Source: an uncultured archaeon (lineage in GTDB: Archaea > Iainarchaeota > Iainarchaeia > Iainarchaeales > CSSED10-239). From it: 64,000 bases of DNA. A program made the position numbers and the translations under genes. The notes beneath the pieces are model-generated. The model ran no database searches, had not been told where the DNA came from, and saw only the letters and a program-made list of their open reading frames with translations. Each line of letters begins with the position of its first letter. The stretch's first letter is position 1. The DNA lies in the NCBI GenBank assembly GCA_964591795.1, contig CAZQEL010000001.1, forward strand, positions 12,189 to 76,188. Reading direction: 5' to 3'. Of this stretch, positions 18,279-27,032 are shown one piece after another.

Positions 18279-19412
18279 TTAATTTAAATACCATAAATTC
18301 CAATATTTATTAAAATAAGTTGAATATTTATTAGCAACATCTTTATCATAAACAATAACTAATGATTCATCATTGTTACTCACACCATTATTTGATAAGT
18401 TCATAGACCCAGTAATAATTATTGAATTATCAATAACACAAAACTTATTATGCATACTATTTGGATTTTTATCTAAAATAACTGGAATGTTGTTATTTAT
18501 AAAATTATTATACTGAGAATAAGTATTAATATTTCTTTTTTCTAAAATATATTTTTGATCTATTTTTTTATTTTTAATAATATCAAAAAATTCATTTAAG
18601 GTAAAACTAAAATACATGCATTCAAGTGAATAATTTGCATCATCAATAATATCTAACAAATGATATAAACAATTATCTTCAGGACAAAAATAACTTTCAA
18701 CATTTCCAAAAGTTTTAATATCAATTGAATTAATTAATTCTGGAGAAAAAATCCCATTGAAAAAAGAATCTATCTTTTTGGTATAATCTTTAGCAAGTTC
18801 TTTATCTTGGAAAACAATTACATTATTATTGTTTTTATAATTTCCATTTAAAGTAAAATTCATGGACCCAACCCAAACTATTTTTTCATCAAAAACACAA
18901 AATTTATTATGCATATATGATGATTCTGAATCGTTTGTAATTACAGATACATTTGAGTCTTTTAAAACACCAATCATTGATTCTTTTGCTTGTAGTCTTC
19001 CATAGTCAGAAACAAATCTAACCTTTAAACCTTCTTGTGATTTTAAAATTAAAGAATCAGTTACAGTTTGTAAAGAAAGATCGTAAACCGCACAATCAAT
19101 TGTTTTTTTAGAACTATCAATTAAAGTTATTAATTCATCCAGACAATTATCTTCAGGACAAAAGTAAACCTGGGAAGAAATATTTCTATCAGATGAACCA
19201 TATAAAACTCTTGATTTAATTGAATCATAGGAATTTAAAGTACCATTTACAAAGTTACCATCTGTAACACTTTCATAGGTATTGTCTAACTTATCAACAG
19301 TTTTATCAGCAAGTCCATCAAGTCCAAGTTTATCTGTTGAAAAATAGGATGTTGCAACTAAAAATATTACAACTCCAATTAAAATTAAAGTAATTATTTT
19401 TGTAAAATTCAT
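18279..19412 (-). CDS. Membrane-anchored phospholipase D-family protein with two HKD motifs (PLD, cardiolipin-synthase or Nuc-like nuclease superfamily).
   Basis: N-terminal TM segment. Two copies of HxKxxxxD...GSxN (YMHNKFCVFDEKIVWVGSMNFT and SMHNKFCVIDNSIIITGSMNLS), each preceded by a conserved YFCPEDNC motif. Confidence 0.8.
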   Translation of the reverse strand: MNFTKIITLILIGVVIFLVATSYFSTDKLGLDGLADKTVDKLDNTYESVTDGNFVNGTLNSYDSIKSRVLYGSSDRNISSQVYFCPEDNCLDELITLIDSSKKTIDCAVYDLSLQTVTDSLILKSQEGLKVRFVSDYGRLQAKESMIGVLKDSNVSVITNDSESSYMHNKFCVFDEKIVWVGSMNFTLNGNYKNNNNVIVFQDKELAKDYTKKIDSFFNGIFSPELINSIDIKTFGNVESYFCPEDNCLYHLLDIIDDANYSLECMYFSFTLNEFFDIIKNKKIDQKYILEKRNINTYSQYNNFINNNIPVILDKNPNSMHNKFCVIDNSIIITGSMNLSNNGVSNNDESLVIVYDKDVANKYSTYFNKYWNLWYLN

Positions 19413-19435
19413 ATTATTTATAGCACCTAATATTT

Positions 19436-22117
19436 TTAATTAATTTTACCTTGAAAAAGGAAATTTCCTCCACCCTTAATTGTTTTTTTAAGTTTTTGCT
19501 CAAGTTCTTTTTTTACATCATCAATTGTTTTCAGTGAATTTTCACCCTTGAAAATAAACACATTACCATTATTATTATATATTGCAATAGTTTTGTCTTT
19601 TACTTTTTCAACAGTTTGTAATTTTTTAAATATTTTTAATATTTCTTGAGAATCTAAATTAAACTTAGCAATAACAACCTTATCATGAGTATTAATAATA
19701 TGATTACTTTCATAGTCAGCAATTCTTTCTCTTAAAGAATTAATTTCTTTTCTTTGTTCTTTCCATTCTTTAAAAAAGTTATTTGCAGTTTTAAAAAGTT
19801 CAACTTTTGAAATTGAAAATATTTTAGTAGTTTCATTTAATATGTTTTCATTTTCACGTATACTTTTTAATGCTGATTTATAAGTTGTAAAGAATATTCT
19901 TTCAACACCATCTTGAACTGATGTTCTTTTTAAAATTTTAAAAATACCTGCCTGAGAAGTATTAGTTAAATGTAAACCAGCACATGCTTGTACATCAACA
20001 TTTAAAATATCTAATATTCTTAAACTATTACCTGGTATTGCACCACCTTGATAAAGACGAAAACCATGTTTTTTTTCAGCATCATCTTTTGATAGTTCAT
20101 AATTATTAATTGGTATTCTATCAAAGATCCATGCGTTAACCTGATCTTCAATAAGTTTTATTTCATCATCAGTTATTGATTTATAGTGAGTTATATCTAA
20201 ATGAGCTTCATTGACATCCTTAAATGCACCTGCTTGCCAAATATGATTACCTAATATTTTTCTACATGCAGCATTAAGAAGATGAGTAGAGGAATGTTGC
20301 GATCTTAGTTGTCTTTGTCTATCTATATCAACTAAACAAATTACAGTTTGTCCTACTTTAAATGAATATTTAGAATTATCTAAAAGATGTAATATTTTTC
20401 CTTCAAAATTATATACTTCCTTAACCTCAAAAACACCATCAATTGTTCCTTGATCATAGTTTTGTCCTCCACCTTGAGGATAAAATACAGTTTTATCTAA
20501 AACTATAAAATTTTTTGCAGAAAATATAACCTTCGAAGTACATTCTGTTTTTCCATCATAATATATTTTTTCAGTATTTTTAATTGCTTTTATAATTTCT
20601 TTATTTTCTTTTTCTAAAATTTTATTTAAAAAACCATCTTTCTTTTCTTTATCTTGTTTATTATCAATTGCAATTTTTGTGAAATAATCAGATGGTATAT
20701 CTATATTTTTATTAAGTTTTTTTGAAACTTGCTTTATTTGCTCAGCAGTAATTCCATCACTCTTATATAAAGTAACAAGCTCATCAGTATTTATTTTTTT
20801 CTCAGAAGAAATTAAACTATTTAATTTTGTATTTGCTTTTTCTTTACTAATATTATATTTTCTTTCTTCTTCTAAAAAAACTTCAATTGTTGTTTTAAGT
20901 CCATTTTTTAAAGTTGAATCAAAATCTTTTAAAGACAAAACATGTATTTCAAATATTTTTGGAAAATCTAAATTAAAATTAAATTCTTTGTTTAAATCAA
21001 GAATTCTTCTTGCTAAAATTCTTAAATTATAACCTCCTCCAGAATTAGAAGGTAAAAGACCATCTGTTGAAGTATAAAGTAAAGTTTTAGTATGATCACA
21101 AATAGCGTATAAAGCATGAACAGGAGATAACTTTTCTAAAAGTTCTTTTTTTGAAAATCCTAAACTTTTTGAAATTTCATCATATTTTTTATTAATATCA
21201 TCAATTTCATCAATATTTAATTGACCTGAAATTTTATAGAATTTTTCTAAAAGATTATTATCAAATTTAACTTTAGTATATTTTTTTAAATAATCTAAAA
21301 GATCTTTAAAAGTTACATCATAACTTGTAGGAGTACCATTAGTATACCAAGCTAATCTTTCAAAACCAGCACCCATATCAATTACTGGTTTTTTTAATTG
21401 TTCATATTGTTTGTTTCCAAGATCTTGAAATTGCATAAAAACACAATTACCTAATTCAACACCATTTGCAAAATATTCCATTGAAGGACCAAAATATCCT
21501 CCGCCTTCCCATACATCTTCAAAAAACACTAGATCTTTTTCTTTAACTCCAATAATTTTAGTTAAATATTCAAAATCTAAACTTAATGCTTCGTTTTTCC
21601 AATATGGTTTCTTTGGATCTGTATTAAATGCATGTTGTCCAAACATTACAAAAGTAGTATAATGAGTTCCAGTAATACCTACATTTGTAAGATCACCAAA
21701 TCTTATTGAAGTTTGTGGAACAATTAAAGGATCTGCAGGAGGTTTAACTTCTCCATTTACAACATATGGTTGAAAATCAATAATTGATGCGTTTGTAAAA
21801 TAAAGATCATTTCTCCATCTAGGAATAACTGGATATCTTGGAATTGAAGTATGTCCATTATCTTCAAAGAATTTCTCTGTTTTTTTCCAAGTTTCAGTAT
21901 AAGTATATCCTTTTGTTTTTTTACCTATAAAATCTCTTGATTGACAAGTAGATTCTGCACAAACATCTCGATTTGTATTTGTCCAAAATGGTTTTTTACA
22001 ATTAGTACAAATTTTTCTTTCATATCCAAGTTTAGTCAAAGCATCTACTTGATAATGCTCTTTCCAGTTTTTTTCAAACATTGACCTTACTTGTTTTTTA
22101 AGTTCTGTTTCTGCCAT
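19436..22117 (-). CDS. alaS: Alanyl-tRNA synthetase.
   Basis: Archaeal AlaRS N-terminal Cys motif (CTNCKKPFW...C...C), catalytic core, editing-domain HxxxH-like motif (...SQHSSTHLLNAAC...) and a C-terminal DHHA1-like region. 893 aa. Confidence 0.9.
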   Translation of the reverse strand: MAETELKKQVRSMFEKNWKEHYQVDALTKLGYERKICTNCKKPFWTNTNRDVCAESTCQSRDFIGKKTKGYTYTETWKKTEKFFEDNGHTSIPRYPVIPRWRNDLYFTNASIIDFQPYVVNGEVKPPADPLIVPQTSIRFGDLTNVGITGTHYTTFVMFGQHAFNTDPKKPYWKNEALSLDFEYLTKIIGVKEKDLVFFEDVWEGGGYFGPSMEYFANGVELGNCVFMQFQDLGNKQYEQLKKPVIDMGAGFERLAWYTNGTPTSYDVTFKDLLDYLKKYTKVKFDNNLLEKFYKISGQLNIDEIDDINKKYDEISKSLGFSKKELLEKLSPVHALYAICDHTKTLLYTSTDGLLPSNSGGGYNLRILARRILDLNKEFNFNLDFPKIFEIHVLSLKDFDSTLKNGLKTTIEVFLEEERKYNISKEKANTKLNSLISSEKKINTDELVTLYKSDGITAEQIKQVSKKLNKNIDIPSDYFTKIAIDNKQDKEKKDGFLNKILEKENKEIIKAIKNTEKIYYDGKTECTSKVIFSAKNFIVLDKTVFYPQGGGQNYDQGTIDGVFEVKEVYNFEGKILHLLDNSKYSFKVGQTVICLVDIDRQRQLRSQHSSTHLLNAACRKILGNHIWQAGAFKDVNEAHLDITHYKSITDDEIKLIEDQVNAWIFDRIPINNYELSKDDAEKKHGFRLYQGGAIPGNSLRILDILNVDVQACAGLHLTNTSQAGIFKILKRTSVQDGVERIFFTTYKSALKSIRENENILNETTKIFSISKVELFKTANNFFKEWKEQRKEINSLRERIADYESNHIINTHDKVVIAKFNLDSQEILKIFKKLQTVEKVKDKTIAIYNNNGNVFIFKGENSLKTIDDVKKELEQKLKKTIKGGGNFLFQGKIN

Positions 22118-22184
22118 ATTAAAACCTATAAATATTATATTATATAAGAAGCATTAGTTTTAAAGAGTTATTGCTTTTAAACTT

Positions 22185-23132
22185 TTAAACAATACACAAT
22201 GCTAAACTATAAGTATTATTTTCATCTGTTGAAATTTTTACTTTTGTAAAAAAGTTTGCTAATATCTTTTTAAATTCAGTTTTAGTATATTTATAAGAAA
22301 TCCCAACTAAAACTTGATCACCTTTTTTAAATTCAATAGTTTTATCAATATGTTTAATTAATTTATCTTTTAATACTGTGAAATACATTTCCATTCTAGA
22401 ATTTCCAAATTTCACACTATATTGAACTTCACTTTCTTTAAAACCCATAAGTAACATAGGTTGTATCCAAAAATTTATCATTGCTTTATTATAATACGCT
22501 TTAATTAAGTCTTCAGTAACAGAACTTATAATTCCATTTCCAATAAGTAAAAAATCACCTTTCTTCATACTTCTTCTAATTGCTTCTAAAATATGATTAT
22601 GATTAAAATTACCCATAGTATTTCCTAAAAATAACATTAGATGATGCTTATAATTTGGATTTCTAAAAAGAGAGGTTACATTTTCTAAATTTTCAAAATC
22701 AGAAATATTCCAATTAAATTCCAACACATCACCAATATTTAAAGCTCTAATAGTATCAGACGCAGTTTTTACCATATATGAACTTATATCAATAGGACAA
22801 TATCTAACATTAAGATGCTTTGATAGTTCACCAATAAATAAGGATGCTTTTTTACCATTTCCACAGCCAACATCAATAACATTATAGGATTTTGCTTTCA
22901 TTTTTGAAAGTACAAAATCAAGATTATTTCTAATTAAATTAACTTCTGTGTTAGTTAAATATTTTTTATATTCAGGATCTTCTTCAACATCAAGGAAATT
23001 TTGAGATTGTTTAGCAGTAAGATACCATAATTTAGAGTCAGATAAATCCCATATTCTAGTTCTTCCTTCAAGTTTATAACCCCTTTTTATAATTTCATTA
23101 AATATTATATTATTTACATTCATAATAATCAC
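22185..23132 (-). CDS. Class I SAM-dependent methyltransferase. It possibly resembles the histidine-specific (EgtD-like, Methyltransf_33) family.
   Basis: Motif I VIDVGCGNGKKASLF followed by ...YCPIDISSYMV... The family assignment is from memory of the motif spacing, not a search. Confidence 0.55.
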   Translation of the reverse strand: MIIMNVNNIIFNEIIKRGYKLEGRTRIWDLSDSKLWYLTAKQSQNFLDVEEDPEYKKYLTNTEVNLIRNNLDFVLSKMKAKSYNVIDVGCGNGKKASLFIGELSKHLNVRYCPIDISSYMVKTASDTIRALNIGDVLEFNWNISDFENLENVTSLFRNPNYKHHLMLFLGNTMGNFNHNHILEAIRRSMKKGDFLLIGNGIISSVTEDLIKAYYNKAMINFWIQPMLLMGFKESEVQYSVKFGNSRMEMYFTVLKDKLIKHIDKTIEFKKGDQVLVGISYKYTKTEFKKILANFFTKVKISTDENNTYSLALCIV

Positions 23133-23555
23133 AAAATCTATTAATTACTAATATATAATTACTTAACAATCTTATTATAAAGATATATTTTACTTAAAAA
23201 ATAAAATTTTAAGTTAATGAATTAACTATATAAAATTAGATTTAAAAATATTTGATTTTAAAATAATTAAGTCAATTGAGTTATTTACCTGTTGAGTCAA
23301 TGAATCACCAACTAATTTTTCCAATTGTTTTTTAAGCTTATAAATTTCAACTCCAAATGAAGTTGAATTATTCTTAAGTTCAAGCATAGATATTTTTTTA
23401 TTTAATTTTTCAATTTGAATTAAATTTTTAAAAAGTAAATCAATATTTTTAACCTTATTATTTAAAAAACTTATAAATATCCTTCGTTCAAATTTAATTT
23501 TAAAACTATTTTTTTCATTTTTTAGATTATTATATAACTCAGCATAAAATTCTTT

Positions 23556-23861
23556 TTATTTACTTAAACTATTTACAAATGAAAAAATTTGTTTCTGTTG
23601 AGTCAAACCACCTAACTTACTTAATATCTTCTCTTTAGTTTTAAATAAATATTCTTTTTTTGTAGTTCCTTGTTTAGAATAAAAAAAATCTATACTTTTT
23701 GTAAGTTTTTCTCTAAATGGTTTTCCAAGCTTTATATTTTTATTTATATATTCAATATTAAGTTCTTTTTTTAAATGAGGCATAAATCTATTAATAGCCC
23801 TACTTGTTTCATATGTAATACCATTAATAATTATTGGTTTAATATTTCCTTTTGGAGCCAT
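23556..23861 (-). CDS. Small basic hypothetical protein (101 aa). It is followed in frame, after a single TAA, by ~107 further open codons (see findings).
   Basis: ORF track plus manual frame check. Confidence 0.4.
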   Translation of the reverse strand: MAPKGNIKPIIINGITYETSRAINRFMPHLKKELNIEYINKNIKLGKPFREKLTKSIDFFYSKQGTTKKEYLFKTKEKILSKLGGLTQQKQIFSFVNSLSK

Positions 23862-23897
23862 AATTTCTCAATTTATATATATTTTAAAGATTTTATT

Positions 23898-25200
23898 TTA
23901 AAATGATAAAAAAGTAATGTTTTCAAAAGATATTTTATCTTCTTTACCTGTTTTTATATTTTTTATTGAAATAATTTTTTCTTTAATTTCATTTTCTCCT
24001 AAAAAACCAACATAGGTAATTCCTAATTTATCTGCATACTCAATATTCTTACCAATTGATCTTTTTAAAAGATCTATTGAAACATTCATACCATTCATTC
24101 TAAGTTTTTGAACAATTTTTATTGAATCTTTAATTGTGTCCCCTATAGGAATTACAAAAAGATCAGCAGTTGTTTTTTTATCCATTCCATCTCTTTTCTT
24201 AATAATTTCCATAATTGGCTCAAGACCGAATGCAACACCCACAGCAGGATAACTTTTTGAATCATCTTGTAAGTATTTACTAATCATTTCATCCCATCTA
24301 CCACCACCAGCAATTGAAGAAGACATAATTTTTTTATCTTTTAAAAATACTTCAAAAATAGGCCCTGTATAATACCCTAAACCTCTAGCAAGAGAAGGTA
24401 AAAACATATATGAAACATCATAATATTCTAAATATTTGAAAAGTTCTTGTAATGATTTGATTCCTTCAGTTTCCCCAATGGTTTTACCTATAGCTTCAAG
24501 CTTTTCTTGGTTAGTTCCTGATACTAATAGTAAATTTAACAACAAATCGATTGTTTTTTCATCAAGTCCTTTTGAATAAAGCTCGTTTTTAACCCCTTCA
24601 AAGCCTGTTTTCTTAAGCTTATCAATGGTTATTATTACTGATGTTTGTATTTCTTTATTAATTTTATAAAAATCAAGAATTTCCTCTAAAAGACGCCTAT
24701 CATTGATTTCAATATTTACTTCTAAATTAAGCTCTTTAAACACAAAATCAATTAATGAAATTATCTCTGAATCTGAAGAAACTTCCTTAACTCCAATAAT
24801 ATCTACATCACATTGATAAAATTCTCTATATCTTCCAGCCTTTATAGGCCCATCTCTAAAAACCGGACCTATTTGATATCTTTTAAATGGAAGTCTTATT
24901 TGTGGGTTTTCACCAATAAATCTTGCAAGAGCAAATGTAAATTCATACCTTAATCCTAGTGATCTTTCACCTTGGTCTTTAAATCTATATATTTCAGAAA
25001 TTGCATCTGAATTTTCTCCAGCTCCAAACTTTGCTTCTAAAATTTCTAATTTTTCAACAGTTGGTGTTTCCAAAGGAGAAAAACCATAATTTTCAAATAT
25101 ATTTTTAATTTTAAAAATAATCTTATCTCTAAGTATCTTTTCTTCAGGTGCAAAATCTCTAAATCCTTTTGCAGTTTCAAGTATCATTTTTTCAACCATA
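23898..25200 (-). CDS. hisS: Histidyl-tRNA synthetase. The start is moved to the internal Met (MVEKMILETAKGFRDF). The tracked ORF runs to 25343 and overlaps the tRNA-His gene.
   Basis: HisRS motifs: ...GFRDF..., ...LRYEFTFALARF..., ...GRYREFYQCDVDIIG..., ...GGGRWDEM... The anticodon-binding domain is at the C-terminus. Confidence 0.9.
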
Positions 25201-25285
25201 TTTTCTCTTTTCCTATATTTATTTAGTTTATAATAATATATAAAAACTAATGCTTTTTTTAAAAAATAATAATTTATAATTAAAG

Positions 25286-25358
25286 GGTCAAAACCGGGAT
25301 TCGAACCCGGGCCAGGAGCTCCACAGGCTCCTATGCTAACCACTACACTACAATGACC
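25286..25358 (-). tRNA. tRNA-His (anticodon GUG) with an encoded G-1.
   Basis: Reverse complement GGUCAUUGUAGUGUAGUGGUUAGCAUAGGAGCCUGUGGAGCUCCUGGCCCGGGUUCGAAUCCCGGUUUUGACCC. Perfect anticodon stem GGAGC/GCUCC with loop CUGUGGA. T-arm CCGGG-UUCGAAU-CCCGG. An extra 5' G pairs with C73. The acceptor stem as drawn has two U-U mismatches, which lowers confidence slightly. Confidence 0.7.
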
Positions 25359-25492
25359 ATTATATAAACTGTAATAATATATATTTTTTTTTAACTGTAA
25401 TATCTACAAAATCAGAAATACCAATAGATTTTCTAACACTTATAGGTATTAAAAGTCTGTTTTTCTTATCAGAAGAAACAATTATTTTAGAA

Positions 25493-25633
25493 TTAGTAAT
25501 GATGGGGAGAATTAAAAACTGGACTTAAAGTTATAGTTGACTCGTTTAAGTCATAGTTAAGTATATAGTTTTTGTTATTGAAAACTTTCTTTGAAAGAAA
25601 GAATCTTCCTCTATCATCTATTTTTGTTATCAT
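25493..25633 (-). CDS. Possible 46-aa AbrB/SpoVT-like (swapped-hairpin) small DNA-binding protein.
   Basis: Hand translation MITKIDDRGRFFLSKKVFNNKNYILNYDLNESTITLSPVFNSPHHY. The segment IDDRGRFFLSKKV resembles the xVDxxGRIxIPKxIR core of AbrB, MazE and VapB-type antitoxins. It is below the ORF-track size cut-off. Confidence 0.25.
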   Translation of the reverse strand: MITKIDDRGRFFLSKKVFNNKNYILNYDLNESTITLSPVFNSPHHY

Positions 25634-25736
25634 ATTAAATCACATTTTATTAATAAAGAACAGTTTTCTTGTTCTTCTATATATAATTTATATATACAAA
25701 ACATTTTAAAAGAACATGTGGGGAGAAAAAAAAAAA

Positions 25737-27002
25737 TTAAGAAGAAGGATTAACTATTCTTCCTAAAAATAAGATTTCTCCTGTTTGTTTATCTTGAATT
25801 ATAAAGATAAAAGGATGATCTGCAATAAACTCAAAAACTTCTTGTTGAGATCCTGGACCTACTGATGTCGCTATCATAGTAACTACTGTTGCAGCAGCTG
25901 CTTCAGTTCCAGATTCATCTACAGAAATAAATGATTGATGAATTACTTTAGATATCATTAATGATTCATCAAACATTTTTGAAAAATTAGCAGAATCACT
26001 AAAAGCCAAAGACATCCCTAAAGTACTTAAATTATTTGATAATGTCATTTTATCGTCAAATTCAAATTTAGGTAATGTGATTTTAGTTAAATATATATCT
26101 TTCATTTCAGATTTCCATTCATTCAATTTATCAATAGTTAATATTTCATCTAAAGTATCTAAATTTTCTTTTGGTAAAAGAATAAGCATTGAAAGATCAT
26201 TACCCAAATAGTTAAGTTCTAACATTTTAAGATAATCATTATTTAAATAATTAAATTTAGTTTTTTTAGGTAACATTACCATTGTTTCTATTTGAACTAC
26301 ATTTTCAGGAGTAATTTTAAAATCTAAATCAGTAGTATCTTTTTTATTAAATTCATAAATCCATTTACCTTTAAAATAAATTGCATTAGTTAAAATTAAT
26401 TTTGTATCTGAAGATAAATCCTCAAGTATATTTTTTATTCTATTGTTTGTTTGTTTAGCAATAAAATCATTAATTGTTAATCTTGATTTTTCAGTTTCAT
26501 TAACAAAATCTAAATTAACTGCTTTACCACCATAATATTTTTCAACATTTTGTGAATAGTTATCTAAAAGTTTTAAATCTTTTGAAACCCACAAAGCATT
26601 TCCTGTTCTAATTTCATAATTTTTATTTTTAGTATTTAATTTATTATATATAACAGCAGAATTAGGTCTTAAAATATTATTTTCTGGAAAATAAAATACA
26701 TTTTTCATTTCCTCTGCAGTAGCTCCATTTGCACCTTCATAAGTCATTGCAAGCGCACTATAAATACTATATGGTGAAAAAAATAAATTTTCAGTATTTG
26801 TTTTACTTAAATCAAAATATAAATCCATTGCAAATTGATTATTAGCATTAACAACTTCTTGTATTCCTTCTAAACTAAATCCAGTATCATCTGCACTAGG
26901 TGGACTTAAAGGATCATATGGAAATACAAATAATGCAACACCTGCAGATACAATACCAACAAATAAAATAACTAATATAATTGATAACCATTTTTTACTC
27001 AT
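25737..27002 (-). CDS. Membrane-anchored serpin (serine protease inhibitor), copy 1.
   Basis: N-terminal TM anchor. Serpin hinge and RCL ...VDESGTEAAAATVVTMIATSVGPGSQQEV... and C-terminal signature FIADHPFIFIIQDKQTGEILFLGRIVNP. Confidence 0.85.
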   Translation of the reverse strand: MSKKWLSIILVILFVGIVSAGVALFVFPYDPLSPPSADDTGFSLEGIQEVVNANNQFAMDLYFDLSKTNTENLFFSPYSIYSALAMTYEGANGATAEEMKNVFYFPENNILRPNSAVIYNKLNTKNKNYEIRTGNALWVSKDLKLLDNYSQNVEKYYGGKAVNLDFVNETEKSRLTINDFIAKQTNNRIKNILEDLSSDTKLILTNAIYFKGKWIYEFNKKDTTDLDFKITPENVVQIETMVMLPKKTKFNYLNNDYLKMLELNYLGNDLSMLILLPKENLDTLDEILTIDKLNEWKSEMKDIYLTKITLPKFEFDDKMTLSNNLSTLGMSLAFSDSANFSKMFDESLMISKVIHQSFISVDESGTEAAAATVVTMIATSVGPGSQQEVFEFIADHPFIFIIQDKQTGEILFLGRIVNPSS

Positions 27003-27032
27003 ATTTAAAAACCTCTCATATTTTAAAAAAAA

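Noticed and set aside
25201-25343. N-terminal 48 codons of the tracked hisS ORF (MVSIGACGAPGPGSNPGFDPL...).
   Set aside because: This stretch is the tRNA-His gene and its flank read in a protein frame. The HisRS homology starts at the internal MVEKMILETAKGFRDF.
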